A stretch of 64,000 nt of DNA from Candidatus Thorarchaeota archaeon (GTDB taxonomy: Archaea; Asgardarchaeota; Thorarchaeia; Thorarchaeales; Thorarchaeaceae), in NCBI GenBank assembly GCA_016933575.1, contig JAFGAR010000025.1, positions 31,976 to 95,975 on the forward strand, written 5' to 3'. The notes under the pieces are model-generated. The model ran no database searches. It worked only from the letters and a program-made list of their open reading frames with translations, and had not been told where the DNA came from. The first letter of the stretch is position 1, and each line of letters starts with the position of its first letter. Made by a program: the position numbers and the translations under genes. Shown here one piece after another: positions 26,107 to 36,206 of this stretch.

Positions 26107-29049
26107 TTGTCCATAGAAGACGCCATCACAGAAGCATCACCACTATCGTATCATTCAGTACCTCTTGAAGAAGTGCTAAGCACACTCCAAGTAGATACTT
26201 CTCATGGTCTTTCTATCGAGGAAGCAAAAAAGAGACTGATTGAATCCGGACCAAATTCCATACCAAGATACAGAGGTGCATTTTGGCAGGTCTATATTGC
26301 CCCGATCCTAAATTGGTTGATAACCATCTATATTATCAGTTCCTTCGCTTTGGTCTTCATTGCTTTTACTTTTCCTTCAGAAGCCAACGCAATTAGTCAA
26401 GCTTCAATCTGGCTTGGTGTTGTTGCTGTGAATGCCATAGTAGCCATGATACAACAATATCGTGCTCAGAAAAAACTAGAGGCGTTGGAGAAACTCTCTG
26501 CAGGGGAAGCCCGGGTCATCAGAAATGGAAAAGAAGCTTACATCTCACCAATTGACATTGTACAAGGTGATATTGTAAAACTGGAACAGGGTGATCGTAT
26601 CCCAGCTGATGCACGTCTGGTGAATTCCTCGAACTTGATGACTAATGAAGCATCTTTGACAGGCGAGTCTGTGCCAATTATTAAGAACGAAGATGCACAC
26701 GTGGCTGACAATGCTCCCCTAACTGATAGACTCAATATGGTCTATTTTGGTACTTATGTTGCCTCTGGAATGGCCACCGTGGTCACAACAGCTACTGGTG
26801 GACGAACTGAGATTGGTAAGATTCAGGGAACACTTGAGGCGTTGAACACTGGAGATATTCCACTACGGAGAAAGGTCAATCGTTTGGCAAAGTACCTCGG
26901 AATTGCAGCGATAATCCTGATGGCAGTATCAGTCATCTGGCAGGTGTTTCTATATCCATTCCTTCATGGAGATGTCTTTGACTTTAGTATCCAATATCTA
27001 TCAGAACGGATTGGTGCAGGCATAACTCGGGCAATGACCATTATGCCAATTAACATCCCATTACTTACGACAATTGTACTTCTTACTGGAGTTCTTGCAA
27101 TGGCAAAGAGAGGCGTTATCATTAGAGACCTCTCAGCCGTTGAAAGTCTTGGTCGCGTGAGCGTTATTTGCAGTGACAAGACTGGAACAATGACAAAGAA
27201 CCAGATGACCGTGAAATACTGCTGGGACTCACAGAACCTCTTCTCTGTAAAGGGCGATGGTTATAACCCTGAAGGAGGTATCTATCTTCTAAAAGGTGCT
27301 ACTAATTCCAATCTCTTAGACGTCGAAGAGGAACTAGTTGATGATGTGTTCAGATGGAAAGGTCTCTTCCGCTTGATAAACTGCGGCGGTCTAGCAAACG
27401 ATGCAGAGATCATAACAGAAAATCTTCCAGATCAAGGAACAATATGGGTTCCCCTCGGTGACCCAACAGATGCAGCATTACTCACCCTATTTCGAAAGAG
27501 TGGTATTGATGAGGTAGGAATCAAGGAACGTTACAAGATTGTAGAAGAATTCCCCTTTGAATCTGAGTTAAAGAGAATGTCCAAGATCTGTCAGGATGAG
27601 AAGAAGTTCATCGCTTTTGTCAAAGGCGCCACAGAAGTACTCATGCCTCTGTGCGACTATGTCAATGGGAAAGACACTCCCTCAAAAATTACTCCTGGAC
27701 TTCTTGAAAGAGTGAATATCCTTACGAATGATTTTGCCGCAAAGGGATATCGAGTGATCTCACTTGCATACAAACAAATGGACTCAGTCCCTACAGGCAA
27801 TACAGCTCGTGAAATCGCAGAGAGTCACTTGATCTATCTCGGCTTTGCTTGCATTGTTGATCCACCCCGTGAAGGAGTAAAGGAAGCAGTCCAGGCATGC
27901 CACAGTGCAGGAATTAATGTAATTATGATTACAGGTGATGCTGTGGCAACAGCAAAGACAATTGCAAAAGGTCTTGGTATTTTCGAAGAGAATTCTCTAG
28001 TTGCAGAGGGCTCTCAAATATATGACCTAAATGATGAGGACTTTGCAAGAACAAATGTTTTCGCTCGTGTGAACCCAGAACACAAGCAGATCATCGTAGA
28101 GCGCTATCAGGACCAGAATAAGGTCGTAGCGATGACAGGGGATGGGGTGAATGATTCACTAGCTCTAGCGATGAGTGATGCTGGAATAGCTATGGGAATC
28201 ACTGGTACCGATGTTGCGAAGGAAGCCGCTGATATTGTCATTACAGATGATAGCTTTGCTTCTATTGTTACAGGAGTCCATCAGGGTAGAGGTCTCTTCA
28301 ATAAGATACGAATGATGATCTACTTCTATGTAGCAATCAATCTCTTTGAGAGTATCATCTTCTTCGGAGCATTGTTCATCTTACCGCACTATATTGAGCT
28401 ACTAAGCACATGGCAGAGTCTCTATCTTGTTGTCACTACGCACTCGTTTCCTGGCCTAGCTCTAGTATTCGATAGAACCTCGCCTCGAGCAATGGAAGAT
28501 AAACCCCGTGACAGTCAGGAGATTATAACCCGGAATCTTGCCAAAATTATGGGTGTCAATGTAGTTCTCATGACCATAAGTGCAGCCTTAGTTTACTTCT
28601 TGACTTTTGCAGGGTACGTGGCTGTCGCTCCGGAAAATATGACTGGTTTTTGGGAGATCTTCAGACCAGCTGAACCTAATTTATTCTATGATATCGAAGG
28701 TCCCATCTGGTCCTTGCTGAAATCTACTAGCATGCTCCTATCAGTCATTCTTATCGTGGAGAGTACACTGGTTCTCCTCATTCGTAGAATCAATCTTCCA
28801 TTGCACAAGAGCCTTCGTGAACCTGGAACCTGGATCTTTGTGATATTACTTGGCCTAATCTATCTAGCACATTTGCTATTGATGTATGTGCCAATGGTGA
28901 ATGAGATACTTGCAACCTATGGTCTTCTCTTCTACATCATTCCTTTGACTGCCTTTGACTGGTTGATATGCATCCTATTAGCCCTCCCAACGATACTTGG
29001 TGTAGAGCTCTACAAGCGACGATTCAGAGAACGAGATGTGGATCTTTGA
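26107..29049 (+). CDS. P-type cation-transporting ATPase (P2/P3-like)
   Basis: LTGESVP, CSDKTGTMTKN, TGDAVATA and MTGDGVNDSLAL motifs, 980 aa with about 10 TM helices, and a TTG start. The TM4 motif reads PINIP instead of PEGLP. Confidence 0.9.
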   Translation: MSIEDAITEASPLSYHSVPLEEVLSTLQVDTSHGLSIEEAKKRLIESGPNSIPRYRGAFWQVYIAPILNWLITIYIISSFALVFIAFTFPSEANAISQASIWLGVVAVNAIVAMIQQYRAQKKLEALEKLSAGEARVIRNGKEAYISPIDIVQGDIVKLEQGDRIPADARLVNSSNLMTNEASLTGESVPIIKNEDAHVADNAPLTDRLNMVYFGTYVASGMATVVTTATGGRTEIGKIQGTLEALNTGDIPLRRKVNRLAKYLGIAAIILMAVSVIWQVFLYPFLHGDVFDFSIQYLSERIGAGITRAMTIMPINIPLLTTIVLLTGVLAMAKRGVIIRDLSAVESLGRVSVICSDKTGTMTKNQMTVKYCWDSQNLFSVKGDGYNPEGGIYLLKGATNSNLLDVEEELVDDVFRWKGLFRLINCGGLANDAEIITENLPDQGTIWVPLGDPTDAALLTLFRKSGIDEVGIKERYKIVEEFPFESELKRMSKICQDEKKFIAFVKGATEVLMPLCDYVNGKDTPSKITPGLLERVNILTNDFAAKGYRVISLAYKQMDSVPTGNTAREIAESHLIYLGFACIVDPPREGVKEAVQACHSAGINVIMITGDAVATAKTIAKGLGIFEENSLVAEGSQIYDLNDEDFARTNVFARVNPEHKQIIVERYQDQNKVVAMTGDGVNDSLALAMSDAGIAMGITGTDVAKEAADIVITDDSFASIVTGVHQGRGLFNKIRMMIYFYVAINLFESIIFFGALFILPHYIELLSTWQSLYLVVTTHSFPGLALVFDRTSPRAMEDKPRDSQEIITRNLAKIMGVNVVLMTISAALVYFLTFAGYVAVAPENMTGFWEIFRPAEPNLFYDIEGPIWSLLKSTSMLLSVILIVESTLVLLIRRINLPLHKSLREPGTWIFVILLGLIYLAHLLLMYVPMVNEILATYGLLFYIIPLTAFDWLICILLALPTILGVELYKRRFRERDVDL

Positions 29050-29138
29050 AATGCATATACAATGTATATACTCATACATATCTGCTATAGGGATTCTATA
29101 TATACCACATTAGAACAAAAAAGATTGAGGACTTACTC

Positions 29139-29990
29139 TTGACACGAATGACGACTCATAAGATTGGTCAGATGAAGACCAAGAGCAAGAAGATAGTCAT
29201 GCTCACAGCCTATGATGCACCTACAGCCTCGATTTTGAGTGAATGTGGTGTGGACATGATCCTTGTTGGAGACTCAGTGGGCAATGCTCTTCTTGGATAT
29301 GAGAGTACAATTCCTGTCACCCTTGATGATGTCATTCATCACTGCGCAGCTGTCTCAAGGGCACGACCGGATTCACTGATTATCGGCGATATGCCCTTTA
29401 TGTCCTATAAGGTCAGTGAGGAACAGGCTCTCGAAAATTGTGCACTTATGCTTCAAGAGGGCGGAGCTGAGGCAGTAAAGATCGAAGGTGCTGGCCGAGT
29501 TGTTGATATTGTACAAGCTGTCGTAGATGCTGGTATCCCGGTCATGGGGCATATTGGCCTTACTCCACAATCTATCTTTCAGATGGGTGGTTACCGAGTC
29601 CAGGGAAGAACAGCAGAAAAGACTGAGCTGCTCGTTGAACAAGCCAAGCAACTTGAGGCGGCTGGAGCCTTTTCTATGGTCATTGAGCTAGTACCATCAG
29701 AGACCGCGAAGATGATAACAGAAGCAGTTAGTATCCCAACTATTGGAATTGGAGCTGGTCCGTATTGTGATGGACAGGTTCTTGTCCTCTGGGATATGTT
29801 AGGTCTCTTTGAGGACTTTAAACCTAAATTTGTCAAAAAATATGCATGTATTCGTGATGTCATCAAGAATGCAGTTTCCGAATATGCAGAAGATGTACGG
29901 AAGGGTACCTTCCCTGAAAAAGAACATAGTTTTGAGATGTCAGAAGAAGAAACTGGACGTCTGTATGGTAGAAGTAAGCCCTCCCGATGA
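29139..29990 (+). CDS. panB: 3-methyl-2-oxobutanoate hydroxymethyltransferase
   Basis: KIVMLTAYDAPTASIL, ILVGDSVGNALLGYESTIPVTLDDVIHH and VKIEGA motifs. The ATG at 29148 is the likely start. Confidence 0.9.
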   Translation: MTRMTTHKIGQMKTKSKKIVMLTAYDAPTASILSECGVDMILVGDSVGNALLGYESTIPVTLDDVIHHCAAVSRARPDSLIIGDMPFMSYKVSEEQALENCALMLQEGGAEAVKIEGAGRVVDIVQAVVDAGIPVMGHIGLTPQSIFQMGGYRVQGRTAEKTELLVEQAKQLEAAGAFSMVIELVPSETAKMITEAVSIPTIGIGAGPYCDGQVLVLWDMLGLFEDFKPKFVKKYACIRDVIKNAVSEYAEDVRKGTFPEKEHSFEMSEEETGRLYGRSKPSR

Positions 29991-30009
29991 GGGCATGTCA
30001 TAAGATATC

Positions 30010-30231
30010 TTACTCTTCGTCTTCTACTACTTCATTGAGAACTTCAATGAGCTTGTCAGGATCGATGCCATGGGCAAGCGCACCCTGCTCAATGGTTTCA
30101 TATCGTGCTGCTGCGCAGCCATAACAGTGTAGCCCTGCTTCCATGAAGGCTCCGGCAGTCTCCGGCCATTTCATAACAACTTCAGCAATGCTCATATTCT
30201 TATTTACAGTCTGTGCCATTATAATCACCAT
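30010..30231 (-). CDS. DUF1858 / hybrid-cluster-protein-associated redox disulfide-type small protein
   Basis: 73 aa containing PETAGAFMEAGLHCYGCAAARYETIEQGALAHGIDPDKLIEVLN, which matches the family pattern CxGC followed by GID...L...LN. Confidence 0.7.
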   Translation of the reverse strand: MVIIMAQTVNKNMSIAEVVMKWPETAGAFMEAGLHCYGCAAARYETIEQGALAHGIDPDKLIEVLNEVVEDEE

Positions 30232-30326
30232 TAACTATGGTTAATACTGTAAACTCGGAAATTGGATTAATATACTTTGCTTTCTGACCTATTTCTCAAC
30301 CTTGATTACGGGACTCTGATGCAGGT

Positions 30327-30770
30327 CTACAGTATCATATTGTCTAAGCCCATCTCTCGTAGGACTTCAGGATAGATTTTATAGAGTGGCTTGATTTTCG
30401 AAAGTAGTCCAAGTGCCTTGGAAACAGATCCCTCAAGCTTGACCTGTCCCCTAGCCATTGCCACCGTTGTGGAAAGTTTATCCTGCCAGAATTTGTTTGT
30501 TGTTTCTGATTTTGACCAGACCTTAATCTCTGGTTCTACTGTACTATCAAATGTTAGAGTACCAATCTCGCCATCTGGTCCCGGGTCTCTAAAATTAATG
30601 GTCAGGTGTGCTTCAGGGTCTTCAATATCAAAGCGTACTACAACTTGTGATGTAGCAAGTTTCTGCATTACTTCAGACTCTTTCTTTGCTTCTATCCAGA
30701 ACTTGTTAAAAACTTCCATTAATTGATCTTTACTCTCAAAGGCTACCAAAATAATGACCTCCGATAGCAC
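30327..30770 (-). CDS. SCP2 (sterol carrier protein 2-like) lipid-binding domain protein
   Basis: The C-terminal GQVKLEGSVSKALGLLSKIKPLY motif and the size of about 140 aa are typical of stand-alone SCP2 proteins. Confidence 0.65.
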   Translation of the reverse strand: MLSEVIILVAFESKDQLMEVFNKFWIEAKKESEVMQKLATSQVVVRFDIEDPEAHLTINFRDPGPDGEIGTLTFDSTVEPEIKVWSKSETTNKFWQDKLSTTVAMARGQVKLEGSVSKALGLLSKIKPLYKIYPEVLREMGLDNMIL

Positions 30771-30824
30771 TTCCTATGTAAATTGTAGGATAGAAGTCTT
30801 TTGGGTGATACTAAAGATTGCCCG

Positions 30825-32174
30825 TTAGTTAGTAAGAAGGTATCTCTCAATCTCCCAAGGAGTAATCTCTGAACTTGGTAGGTCTCCAGTAGCTTCAATG
30901 AATTCAGACCATTCCTGACCTCTGATTCTCACCAAAGTATCCACAACGTTCTCTCCCAAGGCACTCCTTACGATTGTACTCCTTTCTAATCTCAATAGTG
31001 CATGAACTAAAGATTGTGGGAGTGATTCAAGAGAACCAAGTGACTTGTACACATCTCGATCTGTAGGCACCGGTGCATCAAGTTTCCGTTCTATTCCAGC
31101 CAATCCACTAGCAAGAAGCACTGCTATAGCCAAGTGTGGTGAAGATGAAGGATCGGGACATCTTATTTCTATTCTTGCTGACTTCTTTGAACCATTGAAA
31201 TGAGGTATCCGTATCATAGTACTGCGATTTCGGTAGCCCCACGCTATGCTTGTAGGAGCTTCAAAACCGGGTACCAACCTCTTGTAGGAGTTTACAGTAG
31301 GTGCAAGAATTGCTGCTAGTTCGTGTGCATCCTCTAAGAGACCTCCAATAAAGTGCATTGCAAGCGGAGAGATTCCACTAGGTCTTTCTGTTGCAAATAG
31401 ATTGTTTTCTCCTTGAAGATCCCAGACACTCTGGTGTAGGTGCATCCCTGATCCGTTCTGATTAGAGAAGGGTTTTGGCATAAATGTGGCAATCAATCCT
31501 CGTCTGTAAGCAATCTCTGAGATTATGAGCCTAGCAAGAAGTATGTTGTCTGCTGCCACTTCTGCTGAACAGTATTGAAGGCCAATCTCTTCTTGCCCCT
31601 GTGCGACCTCATGATGATGAGACGTAGTTGGAATGCCAACTGCCTGCAGAGTCCTGATAATATCGCGTCTAAAATCCAGACCACAGTCACTGGGCTGCGA
31701 GGAGAAATACCCTCCACGATCAAGAGGAACAAGAGTATCATCATGCAGTCGCCTGACAGTGAAGAACTCGAGTTCACTTCCAACCATTAACTGATATCCC
31801 ATTTTGTGAGCTTTATCTACAATCCTTCTAAGGATATATCTTGGATCACTCAGATGAGGTTGTCCTGATATTTCGTGGACCGTGCATATGATATAGGCAG
31901 CGGCAGGATCCCACGGTTGGAGAGTTGGGGTGGCGCTAGAAGGGAGAAGGAGAAGATCGCTCTCGTTAACCGACGCATATCCAGGGACTGATGAACCATC
32001 GATAACAATGCCATTCTCAAGGACCTCATCCAATCGATCATATCCAAGTTCTATGCTTCGAGTATGACCTAAAATATCTGTAAATAATAATCGTAGGAAT
32101 TCCGGATGTGTTACTTTACTGTCCATCAATAGTTCACCGTATGATATAGATAATTCAATTTTGAGAGAATTCAT
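30825..32174 (-). CDS. glnA: Glutamine synthetase (type I family)
   Basis: LRLLFTDILG N-terminal beta-grasp, FMPKPFSNQNGSGMHLHQS, NSYKRLVPGFEAP and IEIRCPD motifs. The start could be the Met at about 32126. Confidence 0.9.
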   Translation of the reverse strand: MNSLKIELSISYGELLMDSKVTHPEFLRLLFTDILGHTRSIELGYDRLDEVLENGIVIDGSSVPGYASVNESDLLLLPSSATPTLQPWDPAAAYIICTVHEISGQPHLSDPRYILRRIVDKAHKMGYQLMVGSELEFFTVRRLHDDTLVPLDRGGYFSSQPSDCGLDFRRDIIRTLQAVGIPTTSHHHEVAQGQEEIGLQYCSAEVAADNILLARLIISEIAYRRGLIATFMPKPFSNQNGSGMHLHQSVWDLQGENNLFATERPSGISPLAMHFIGGLLEDAHELAAILAPTVNSYKRLVPGFEAPTSIAWGYRNRSTMIRIPHFNGSKKSARIEIRCPDPSSSPHLAIAVLLASGLAGIERKLDAPVPTDRDVYKSLGSLESLPQSLVHALLRLERSTIVRSALGENVVDTLVRIRGQEWSEFIEATGDLPSSEITPWEIERYLLTN

Positions 32175-32287
32175 TGCACTTTATTTGAACCCTAAGGGCG
32201 CCGAAACTCGTTAGGTTTCCAGATGTCTGATACTGGGCAACGTAATTCTCTCTTGGTGTTACGTACAAGATTAGGCTATATTCATTT

Positions 32288-32353
32288 CCCGTAAAAATGA
32301 GAAAGTATTTCAGTATTTTCGGTGAAATATGCATTTAATCCGTAAAAATTTCG
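32288..32353. promoter_or_regulatory. Repeated CATTT-N2/3-CCGTAAAAAT motif in the glnA/lrp divergent intergenic region
   Basis: CCGTAAAAAT occurs at 32288-32297 and 32339-32348, each preceded by CATTT. The second copy forms CCG-N9-CGG (32339-32353), and the first CCG is matched by ATTTTCGG at 32314-32321. Confidence 0.4.
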
Positions 32354-32370
32354 GATTTATGGTGGTTTAG

Positions 32371-32862
32371 ATGCTGCAAATTAAACTTGATGATACCGAC
32401 CTGAAAATTCTAGAAATCCTTCAGAAGGATAGTAAGAGAAGCATCGCTAGTATTGCCAAGGAAGTGGGCAAAGGTATTTCCACCGTTCACGATCGAATCA
32501 AGACGCTTCAGAATGATGGCATCATCAAGGGATTCACTGCAATTGTATCACCTCAGACAGTGGGGCGCGAGACCCTTGCATTCATCCTTGTGACAATCAG
32601 GTATCGCGTACCGGGACAAAAGACAGTCCTTTCCCAGAGAGAGTTTTGCCAAGAAATTGCAGTTCACCCATTCGTACAGAGTGTTCATGTATTGAGTGGT
32701 GAATATGATGTACTATTGAAGGTACGCACAAAGAACATCGAGGAGATGAACCACTTCATTGTGGATTTTCTACGTGAGCTTCCTGCAGTTGATAAGACAC
32801 TGACAATGTTTGCTATGGATTCCTATCTCGATTCACTCGTACTTAGAGACCTATCTCTATAA
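32371..32862 (+). CDS. Lrp/AsnC family transcriptional regulator
   Basis: LDDTDLKILEILQKDSKRSIASIAKEVGKGISTVHDRIKTLQNDGIIKGF is the HTH, followed by a RAM/ACT-like C-terminal domain. The gene is divergent from glnA. Confidence 0.9.
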   Translation: MLQIKLDDTDLKILEILQKDSKRSIASIAKEVGKGISTVHDRIKTLQNDGIIKGFTAIVSPQTVGRETLAFILVTIRYRVPGQKTVLSQREFCQEIAVHPFVQSVHVLSGEYDVLLKVRTKNIEEMNHFIVDFLRELPAVDKTLTMFAMDSYLDSLVLRDLSL

Positions 32863-33104
32863 TTTTCTCTCTACATAGCCTACTGGGTTTTCAATCATTT
32901 TGGTACTTGCGTGATTTACTAATGCTCTATATTCATTATACTAAGATCTTTGGGTTGGAATTATTGGGGCAGATTTAGAATCGGAAATTGCCTCTATTTG
33001 CCTCTCAGCTCCGTAATTCTTGCCCAATTCACACCTTTAACTACCATCAGGAATTTCAAGGATAAAATTACGAGTTATATCAAAGATACTTATTATGAGT
33101 AAGT

Positions 33105-33776
33105 TCAATTGATTTTATCATTAGGGTTTTTTTGTGCTTTTTTCTGTAATGCTTGGACATATGCCTGAATAAAATCGCTATCGGTCCTCAAACGATACAG
33201 GTATTTCATTCCGCCCCAAGACGAATCGGAAGCTTTTTTCTCTACTATTTCAAGAGATTCCATTCTATCAATTATTCCATTTTTAGAATATACACGTTTT
33301 TGTGAGACGTTAGATTCTTGAATGATACTATGTTTGTTCATCCAACCTATCTTCTCTTGTGTAGAATATTCATTTGAAAAGTCTATACCCTTATCGAGAA
33401 GGAAATCTGCCATGGCCCTCAATACAGCTATCTCATCCGCAAGAAGGAATTTTTTCAGAAATACATCAAAATCTTGGGAAGAAAATGATAACCACTGTTC
33501 TATTGGTGTATTTGCAAGTTCGACATTCATTTTACTCGTACGATTAGCTAGAGCTTCTGTTCTTGTTGAAACAAGATAAAATGCAATTATGACAATAATG
33601 ACTGCAAGTATTGAAGTAGTGATTGCAATCAGAGGCAGTAATGATAGAAACGAGATTTGATTCAGAATAAATACAGAATGAGTTTCAAATTGTGTCATTT
33701 GCTTAATCATTACTATTCTCTGCAACTCGTTAGACACATTGAATCCCTTCACAATTACTAATCGGATTTTGAGCAA
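33105..33776 (-). CDS. Membrane-tethered winged-helix-like protein (uncharacterised)
   Basis: One long TM segment (LLPLIAITTSILAVIIVIIAFYLV) is followed by a wHTH-like region (HSIIQESNVSQKRVYSKNGIIDRMESLEIVEKK...GGMKYLYRL). The start is probably an internal Met (MIKQMTQ). Confidence 0.45.
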   Translation of the reverse strand: MLKIRLVIVKGFNVSNELQRIVMIKQMTQFETHSVFILNQISFLSLLPLIAITTSILAVIIVIIAFYLVSTRTEALANRTSKMNVELANTPIEQWLSFSSQDFDVFLKKFLLADEIAVLRAMADFLLDKGIDFSNEYSTQEKIGWMNKHSIIQESNVSQKRVYSKNGIIDRMESLEIVEKKASDSSWGGMKYLYRLRTDSDFIQAYVQALQKKAQKNPNDKIN

Positions 33777-33860
33777 GTTTTCTGTTCAAAGGATACTTGA
33801 GAACCTTCATAGTCGCTATTCAAACTGTCTTATCAATTATCTGTATTTTTTCCGTGAATG

Positions 33861-36206
33861 TTAGTACATCTGTTTCCGTAACCGTGTTTCTTTACCAATA
33901 ACTACCAAACCAATGACAATGATTATAGATGCGGTCACCGTAGCAATAGCAGAAATGAGAATCTCAATAGTATTCTCTGTTGAATGAAGTTCAACAATAA
34001 AAGTCTGAATACTGGATGCAACATAATTACCTGCGCGATCATAAGCAATAATCCGATAATCAACAATTGAAGAATTCGTAATTGGAGGAATTATTGCCAC
34101 CCATACTCCTTGCGCTTTAGTCATTGTGATATTTACCCAGTCTGAATTGCTATGCACCATATATGAAAGAATTACAATAGTTACTTCAATATCATCAGTG
34201 ACGTTTGCTCTAATGATGATCGAATCGGTTATTGTCGGATTTTCAGGAACTTGGGTAATTGATTGAATGGTTGGAGGCGTTGTATCTTCTGGATATATCG
34301 AGAAGGTGTAATAACTTCCTAAATTGTCATTGATTGCTGTATTGTGATTAAGAGAATCATCCTGAGCTGAAATATAGTACCGAATTGAGTCATGAACTTC
34401 AAAATCGCACAACTCAATGTGAAAAATATCATCAAACAAATATTGCATAGAAAAACCATGCCAACCATCATTATTCACTTGGTAATAAAGAGATGCGGAA
34501 CTAACTCCTGAATTATCTCTGATTGTTGCATTGATATTCACAACATCATCAACAGTAGGCAATGATGGGTAATGAATAACATTAGTTATTCCAGGTCCAG
34601 TCCAATCGTTGCTTCTTATATAGAAGGAGTAATTGGCTCCTTTATTATCATCAATGGCTGTATTATGATTTTCAGAGTTATCAATAGCAAACACCTGATA
34701 TTCTACGTTGCTTCCTGCTACAAGTGGATTGAAGGTATATTCGTAAAGATCATCCTGCACCTCTTTAAAAGTTGACGAAATCCAAAATTCGTCATTTATT
34801 TTGTAAGTAATATTGACTGATAATAATCCCGACAAATCTCTCACATTTGTTCTCACGGTCACTATGTCTGTGTCGAAAGGAAGTGTGGGTTCATGGAAGG
34901 TATTTTCTATTCGTGGAGTTATGTTGTCAGGATTTGTGAGAAAACTAGCAAATACTGCTAGCATCTCTAAAACAAGCCCTTGTGACAACCACTGCTTCCA
35001 TGTATGGATCGTCCCATCTGCCTTTTTACGCATGTATATTCCACCATATACACTATCTAATAGGTCATTATAGATAACCGATTTGAATCGATACGCTTCT
35101 TCAAGAATGGTATCATTTGCCAGAAGGATTCCAGTCCAAAGATATCCTATAGCGGTATTGGGATCTTTTTCTCCGCTCACCTCATTATTCACATAACTTG
35201 TCCATTCCCGGTTCATCTCCATCAGATATCCTGCAGACGAGTTTGCCTTGAGTATATCATCAAATGTTTTTTGAGCATAAACAAGATACGTATCATTTCC
35301 CAATATTCGGTATGCATCAACAAGCATTCTATAATTATCAAACCATCCCTTTGAATCCTTAATTATTGTTGTCCAGTTCGCGGCAACTCGGTTATAGAAC
35401 CAACCATAGTTTTCGTCATACATGTAATTGATGTAATTATTAATTAATTCAATAGCTCTTTCCTTATAGGTGGCATTTTGAGATATTTCGAAGGTTTCCA
35501 ATAGAAATCTGATACACCATGAAATATCGTTGATGTCATTCATATCCTCAATAACAGTGAGTGTGGATGATAGAGTTGTATAATAACTTCCATCTGAAGG
35601 ATCATAGTAATTTTCGACTATGAAAGCATATAACTCCTCTATATAATCCAAATAGATATTATTTCCAGTTACTGAATAGAGCTTCGCTAAAGCAGTACCA
35701 GTAAGGCATTGAAACCATAGTCGTTTGTTGCCAACCTCGATGCTATTATCCTGGGCAAGTCTTTCATAGTATCCACCATGTACAGCGTCCCAGAAGTGAG
35801 ATCGATCCCAATTCCATATGTCCTCAGCATACTCAAGATACGATTCATTCTCTGTAAATGAATAGGCTTCAGTAAGACCTAAGATGCACTGAGCATCGAA
35901 GTACGCTTTCTTGCCTACTGACCATGCATAGTCTGTGAAATTATCCCAGACTTCCACTTGCCAGCCTCCACCAAAGGAAGATAAATTGAAGTAATTAAAA
36001 ACAAAGAAGAGATTTTGAATTGCATCCTCATAGTCCTGAATGGACCATGTATCAGCAGATGCTATAGAATGCTTTACAATTGTGGATTCTTTCTGTTTAG
36101 GTGGAGTATCGACTCCTCTCAAATACAAAATTGGGGAAAGAACTAATACTATCACAATTAACGAGATAATCCATCTTTGGCAAAACTCTCCCATCTTACT
36201 TTCCAA
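33861..36206 (-). CDS. Surface protein with AGE-superfamily (alpha/alpha)6-barrel-like domain, three Ig-like repeats and a C-terminal TM anchor
   Basis: It has a signal anchor and a recurring D-x3-GG(Y/F)Y hairpin motif (DAVHGGYYERL, DPSDGSYYTTL, DENYGWFYNRV, DSVYGGIYMRK). Three repeats of about 105 aa each lie at about 33990-34950, followed by a C-terminal TM. It is a paralogue of the N-terminus of the 37214 gene and shares YLEYAEDIWNWD. Confidence 0.65.
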   Translation of the reverse strand: MESKMGEFCQRWIISLIVIVLVLSPILYLRGVDTPPKQKESTIVKHSIASADTWSIQDYEDAIQNLFFVFNYFNLSSFGGGWQVEVWDNFTDYAWSVGKKAYFDAQCILGLTEAYSFTENESYLEYAEDIWNWDRSHFWDAVHGGYYERLAQDNSIEVGNKRLWFQCLTGTALAKLYSVTGNNIYLDYIEELYAFIVENYYDPSDGSYYTTLSSTLTVIEDMNDINDISWCIRFLLETFEISQNATYKERAIELINNYINYMYDENYGWFYNRVAANWTTIIKDSKGWFDNYRMLVDAYRILGNDTYLVYAQKTFDDILKANSSAGYLMEMNREWTSYVNNEVSGEKDPNTAIGYLWTGILLANDTILEEAYRFKSVIYNDLLDSVYGGIYMRKKADGTIHTWKQWLSQGLVLEMLAVFASFLTNPDNITPRIENTFHEPTLPFDTDIVTVRTNVRDLSGLLSVNITYKINDEFWISSTFKEVQDDLYEYTFNPLVAGSNVEYQVFAIDNSENHNTAIDDNKGANYSFYIRSNDWTGPGITNVIHYPSLPTVDDVVNINATIRDNSGVSSASLYYQVNNDGWHGFSMQYLFDDIFHIELCDFEVHDSIRYYISAQDDSLNHNTAINDNLGSYYTFSIYPEDTTPPTIQSITQVPENPTITDSIIIRANVTDDIEVTIVILSYMVHSNSDWVNITMTKAQGVWVAIIPPITNSSIVDYRIIAYDRAGNYVASSIQTFIVELHSTENTIEILISAIATVTASIIIVIGLVVIGKETRLRKQMY

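Noticed and set aside
29054-29068. Palindrome ATATACA-A-TGTATAT between the ATPase stop and panB
   Set aside because: It is a short, purely A/T palindrome in an AT-rich spacer and occurs once only. It may be part of a TATA-like promoter or a weak terminator, and there is no evidence for anything more specific.
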